From the NCBI GenBank assembly GCA_944363935.1, contig CALVVT010000090.1:1-57356 (forward strand): DNA of 57,356 nucleotides, written 5' to 3'. The notes beneath the pieces were generated by a model. It was not told the origin of the DNA. It worked only from the letters and a program-made list of their open reading frames with translations, and ran no database searches. Below, piece after piece: positions 55,379 to 57,356 of this stretch. A program made the position numbers and the translations under genes. How positions within the stretch are numbered: the stretch's first letter is position 1; each line of letters opens with the position of its first letter. This DNA is from an uncultured Bacilli bacterium (GTDB lineage: Bacteria; Bacillota_I; Bacilli_A; RF39; UBA660).

Positions 55379-56350
55379 ATGAAAATAATTAGTGTTTTTA
55401 TTATGATGGTTTTAACTTTTATTTGTTTTGAAATTTTAACGGCTTCAAAAAGTATTATTGATTCTGTTTCTTTTGCTTTATATATTTTTAAAAACAATAT
55501 TTTTCCTTCATTATTTCCTTTTTTTGTTTTATCACAAGTTATGATTAAATATGGTTTTGTCGAATTAACTAGTAATTTAATGAAACCATTTATGAAATTA
55601 TTTAAAATAAACAGTAACTGTGCTTTTATATTAGTTATGAGCATTATATCAGGAAATCCCGCTAATGCCAAATATACTAAAGAACTTTTAGAAAGTAAAC
55701 ATATTAATAGTTATGAGGCTACTAAAATACTATGTTTTACTTGTTTTAGTAGTCCTTTATTTATTTTAGGAACAGTTGCTTTAATGTTTTTAAACAATAA
55801 AGAAGTAGGATTACTTATTTTATTATGTCATTATTTAGGAAACTTTATTATTGGTTTATTTATTCGAAATTACCATCCTAGTCCTTTAGAAAAAAATAAA
55901 GTTAATTTAAAATACGCTATAGAAATGATGCATCAAAAAAGAATTAGTAACAAAGAGAATTTTGGCACAATTATTACTAATTCTTTAATTAGCAGTATTA
56001 ATACTCTTTTACTTATTTTAGGAGTTATAACAATGTGTTTAGTTATTACAACTATTATCGATAATAATATTAATTTAAACAGTGTTTTTCAAAGTATTTT
56101 AAATGGTTATATTGAAATGACGCAGGGAATTAAATATATAAGTATGGAAACTATTCCTTTAAAATTAAAATGTATTTTAACGGTTATGATATTATCTTTT
56201 GGGGGGCTTTCTGTTCATATGCAGATATATAGTATAATTAGTGATACTGAAATTAAATATTTTCCCTTTTTAGTTTGCCGAATTATTCATAGCCTTATTT
56301 CTGGCTTTTTAATGTTTATTTTCTTTGATTTTTGGATTAATTTATTTTAA
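55379..56350 (+). CDS. YlbJ-like sporulation integral membrane protein (nucleoside-recognition domain family)
   Basis: N-terminal pattern IFPSLFPFFVLSQVMIKYG. Divergent from ylbL as in Bacillus. Confidence 0.7.
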   Translation: MKIISVFIMMVLTFICFEILTASKSIIDSVSFALYIFKNNIFPSLFPFFVLSQVMIKYGFVELTSNLMKPFMKLFKINSNCAFILVMSIISGNPANAKYTKELLESKHINSYEATKILCFTCFSSPLFILGTVALMFLNNKEVGLLILLCHYLGNFIIGLFIRNYHPSPLEKNKVNLKYAIEMMHQKRISNKENFGTIITNSLISSINTLLLILGVITMCLVITTIIDNNINLNSVFQSILNGYIEMTQGIKYISMETIPLKLKCILTVMILSFGGLSVHMQIYSIISDTEIKYFPFLVCRIIHSLISGFLMFIFFDFWINLF

Positions 56351-56784
56351 CAATTTAAAACTAAATTAAAAGGAATTCCATCTCTAAAATCACTACTAAC
56401 AACTTTATAATTAAATGAAATAAAACCATTTCCACTATTACACTGATTATTAATAAAACTTCCACCCTCTTCTAATGCACTGATACTAGTATCATTAGGC
56501 ACCTTAAATGTTTGATTATTAACTCTTACTATCTGACTACTTTGGTCAATAGTAATAGGGCAAGTTTCACCAGGACAATCAGCAAAGTTAATTCCATTTT
56601 CAGCCGCATCATTTATCGCTCTAGCAATTAAAGCATTTTCATTTTTAACGCTTGTTTCTAAAGAAGAAGAAACATAAATATTTTTAAGTTCCATTACTAC
56701 TTCAAATAAGAACATTGTAACTACCATCATTAAAGTAAATGAGGCTAGTAATTCAACTACAGTAAAACCTTGATTATTTTTCAT
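56347..56784 (-). CDS. prepilin-type N-terminal cleavage/methylation domain protein (minor pilin/pseudopilin)
   Basis: MKNNQG|FTVVELLASFTLMMVV is the class III signal, with Gly at -1 and Glu at +5. Confidence 0.75.
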   Translation of the reverse strand: MKNNQGFTVVELLASFTLMMVVTMFLFEVVMELKNIYVSSSLETSVKNENALIARAINDAAENGINFADCPGETCPITIDQSSQIVRVNNQTFKVPNDTSISALEEGGSFINNQCNSGNGFISFNYKVVSSDFRDGIPFNLVLNC

Positions 56785-57356
56785 TAATTATCGCTCCCTT
56801 CTACCGGGCATTCATTTTTTACAAGAATATCTTTAGCAAGATTTAAGTCTTCATCTTTTATTGTCCAAGTTAGATTATCACCGGAGCCATTAACTTTAAC
56901 TGTAGTTAAAGAAGAGTTTGTAAACATATCACTTGCCCATTTAACTTTTTTAGTGTCAAAATTACATAAGTTAAGTTGTTCTGTTAACCCCACTCCATTA
57001 AACATACTACGCATATCAATAACTTTTTCAGTATTAAAGCTACTAACATCTAATGATTCTAATTTTTCACAACCAGCAAACATACTATTCATATTCGTAA
57101 CACTTGAAGTATTAAAATTCTCTATTTTTAAAGTTTTTAAATTCGTGCATCCAGCAAACATTTCACTCATATCTGTTACTTTATCAGTTTTATCTAAACT
57201 AGATAAATCTAAATTCTCTAAATTAGTACAATTTTTAAACATTTTACTAGTATTAGTAATTTTACTTAAATTTAACCCTGTTATTTCTTTTAAACTACTG
57301 CAGCCCATAAACATTCCTTCGGCATTAACAACAAGGCCCATGTTTAAATTACTTAA
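56784..57356 (-). CDS. BspA-type (DUF285) leucine-rich-repeat surface protein, C-terminal part (5' end beyond the window)
   Basis: Repeated units MF.GC..L..LDLS.F.T..VT.M..MF. The frame stays open to the window end, and the stop overlaps the pilin ATG (ATGA). Confidence 0.8.
   Translation of the reverse strand, partial: LSNLNMGLVVNAEGMFMGCSSLKEITGLNLSKITNTSKMFKNCTNLENLDLSSLDKTDKVTDMSEMFAGCTNLKTLKIENFNTSSVTNMNSMFAGCEKLESLDVSSFNTEKVIDMRSMFNGVGLTEQLNLCNFDTKKVKWASDMFTNSSLTTVKVNGSGDNLTWTIKDEDLNLAKDILVKNECPVEGSDN

Overview
AT-rich, low-GC Firmicute-type chromosomal segment. Bacillus-like synteny (secDF-comN, ylbJ-ylbL) and sporulation-associated genes are present, and most genes lie on the minus strand. 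Core genes recognised from motifs: rel (partial), secDF, tgt, prsA, a complete arginine deiminase operon (arcA-arcB-arcC-arcD), rpoZ, cdd, pdp, ppdK, xerC/D-like, topA, rpsU, tagGH-like ABC exporter, rsmD, argS behind an Arg T-box leader, ndk, ylbL, ylbJ, plus tRNA-Thr(CGU) and tRNA-Arg(CCU). I saw no rRNA, CRISPR array, transposase or prophage genes. The most unusual region is 25.4-26.7 kb, where the ORF track shows only junk plus-strand ORFs. By eye it is 3.5 tandem copies of a ~360-bp module. Each module has a promoter-driven, terminator-ended plus-strand small RNA converging on an untracked 27-codon hydrophobic peptide gene with its own promoter and strong SD. This is the architecture of a 3'-overlapping type I toxin-antitoxin system, and the last copy is antitoxin-only; I do not recognise the peptide family. 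Other accessory content: an untracked pair of double-glycine-leader peptides downstream of a C39-peptidase ABC transporter (class IIb bacteriocin candidate, 42.36-44.7 kb); a symmetric four-box repeat at 41.94-42.03 kb; a paralogous family of TasA/camelysin-like secreted proteins next to XRE regulators, including a truncated copy; two untracked YjcZ-like tiny sporulation peptides; a decapitated BceS-like histidine kinase; a homopolymer-frameshifted ybaK/proX-like gene; and a prepilin gene translationally coupled to a BspA-type LRR protein at the window edge. All family assignments come from motif recognition by eye; no database search was run.
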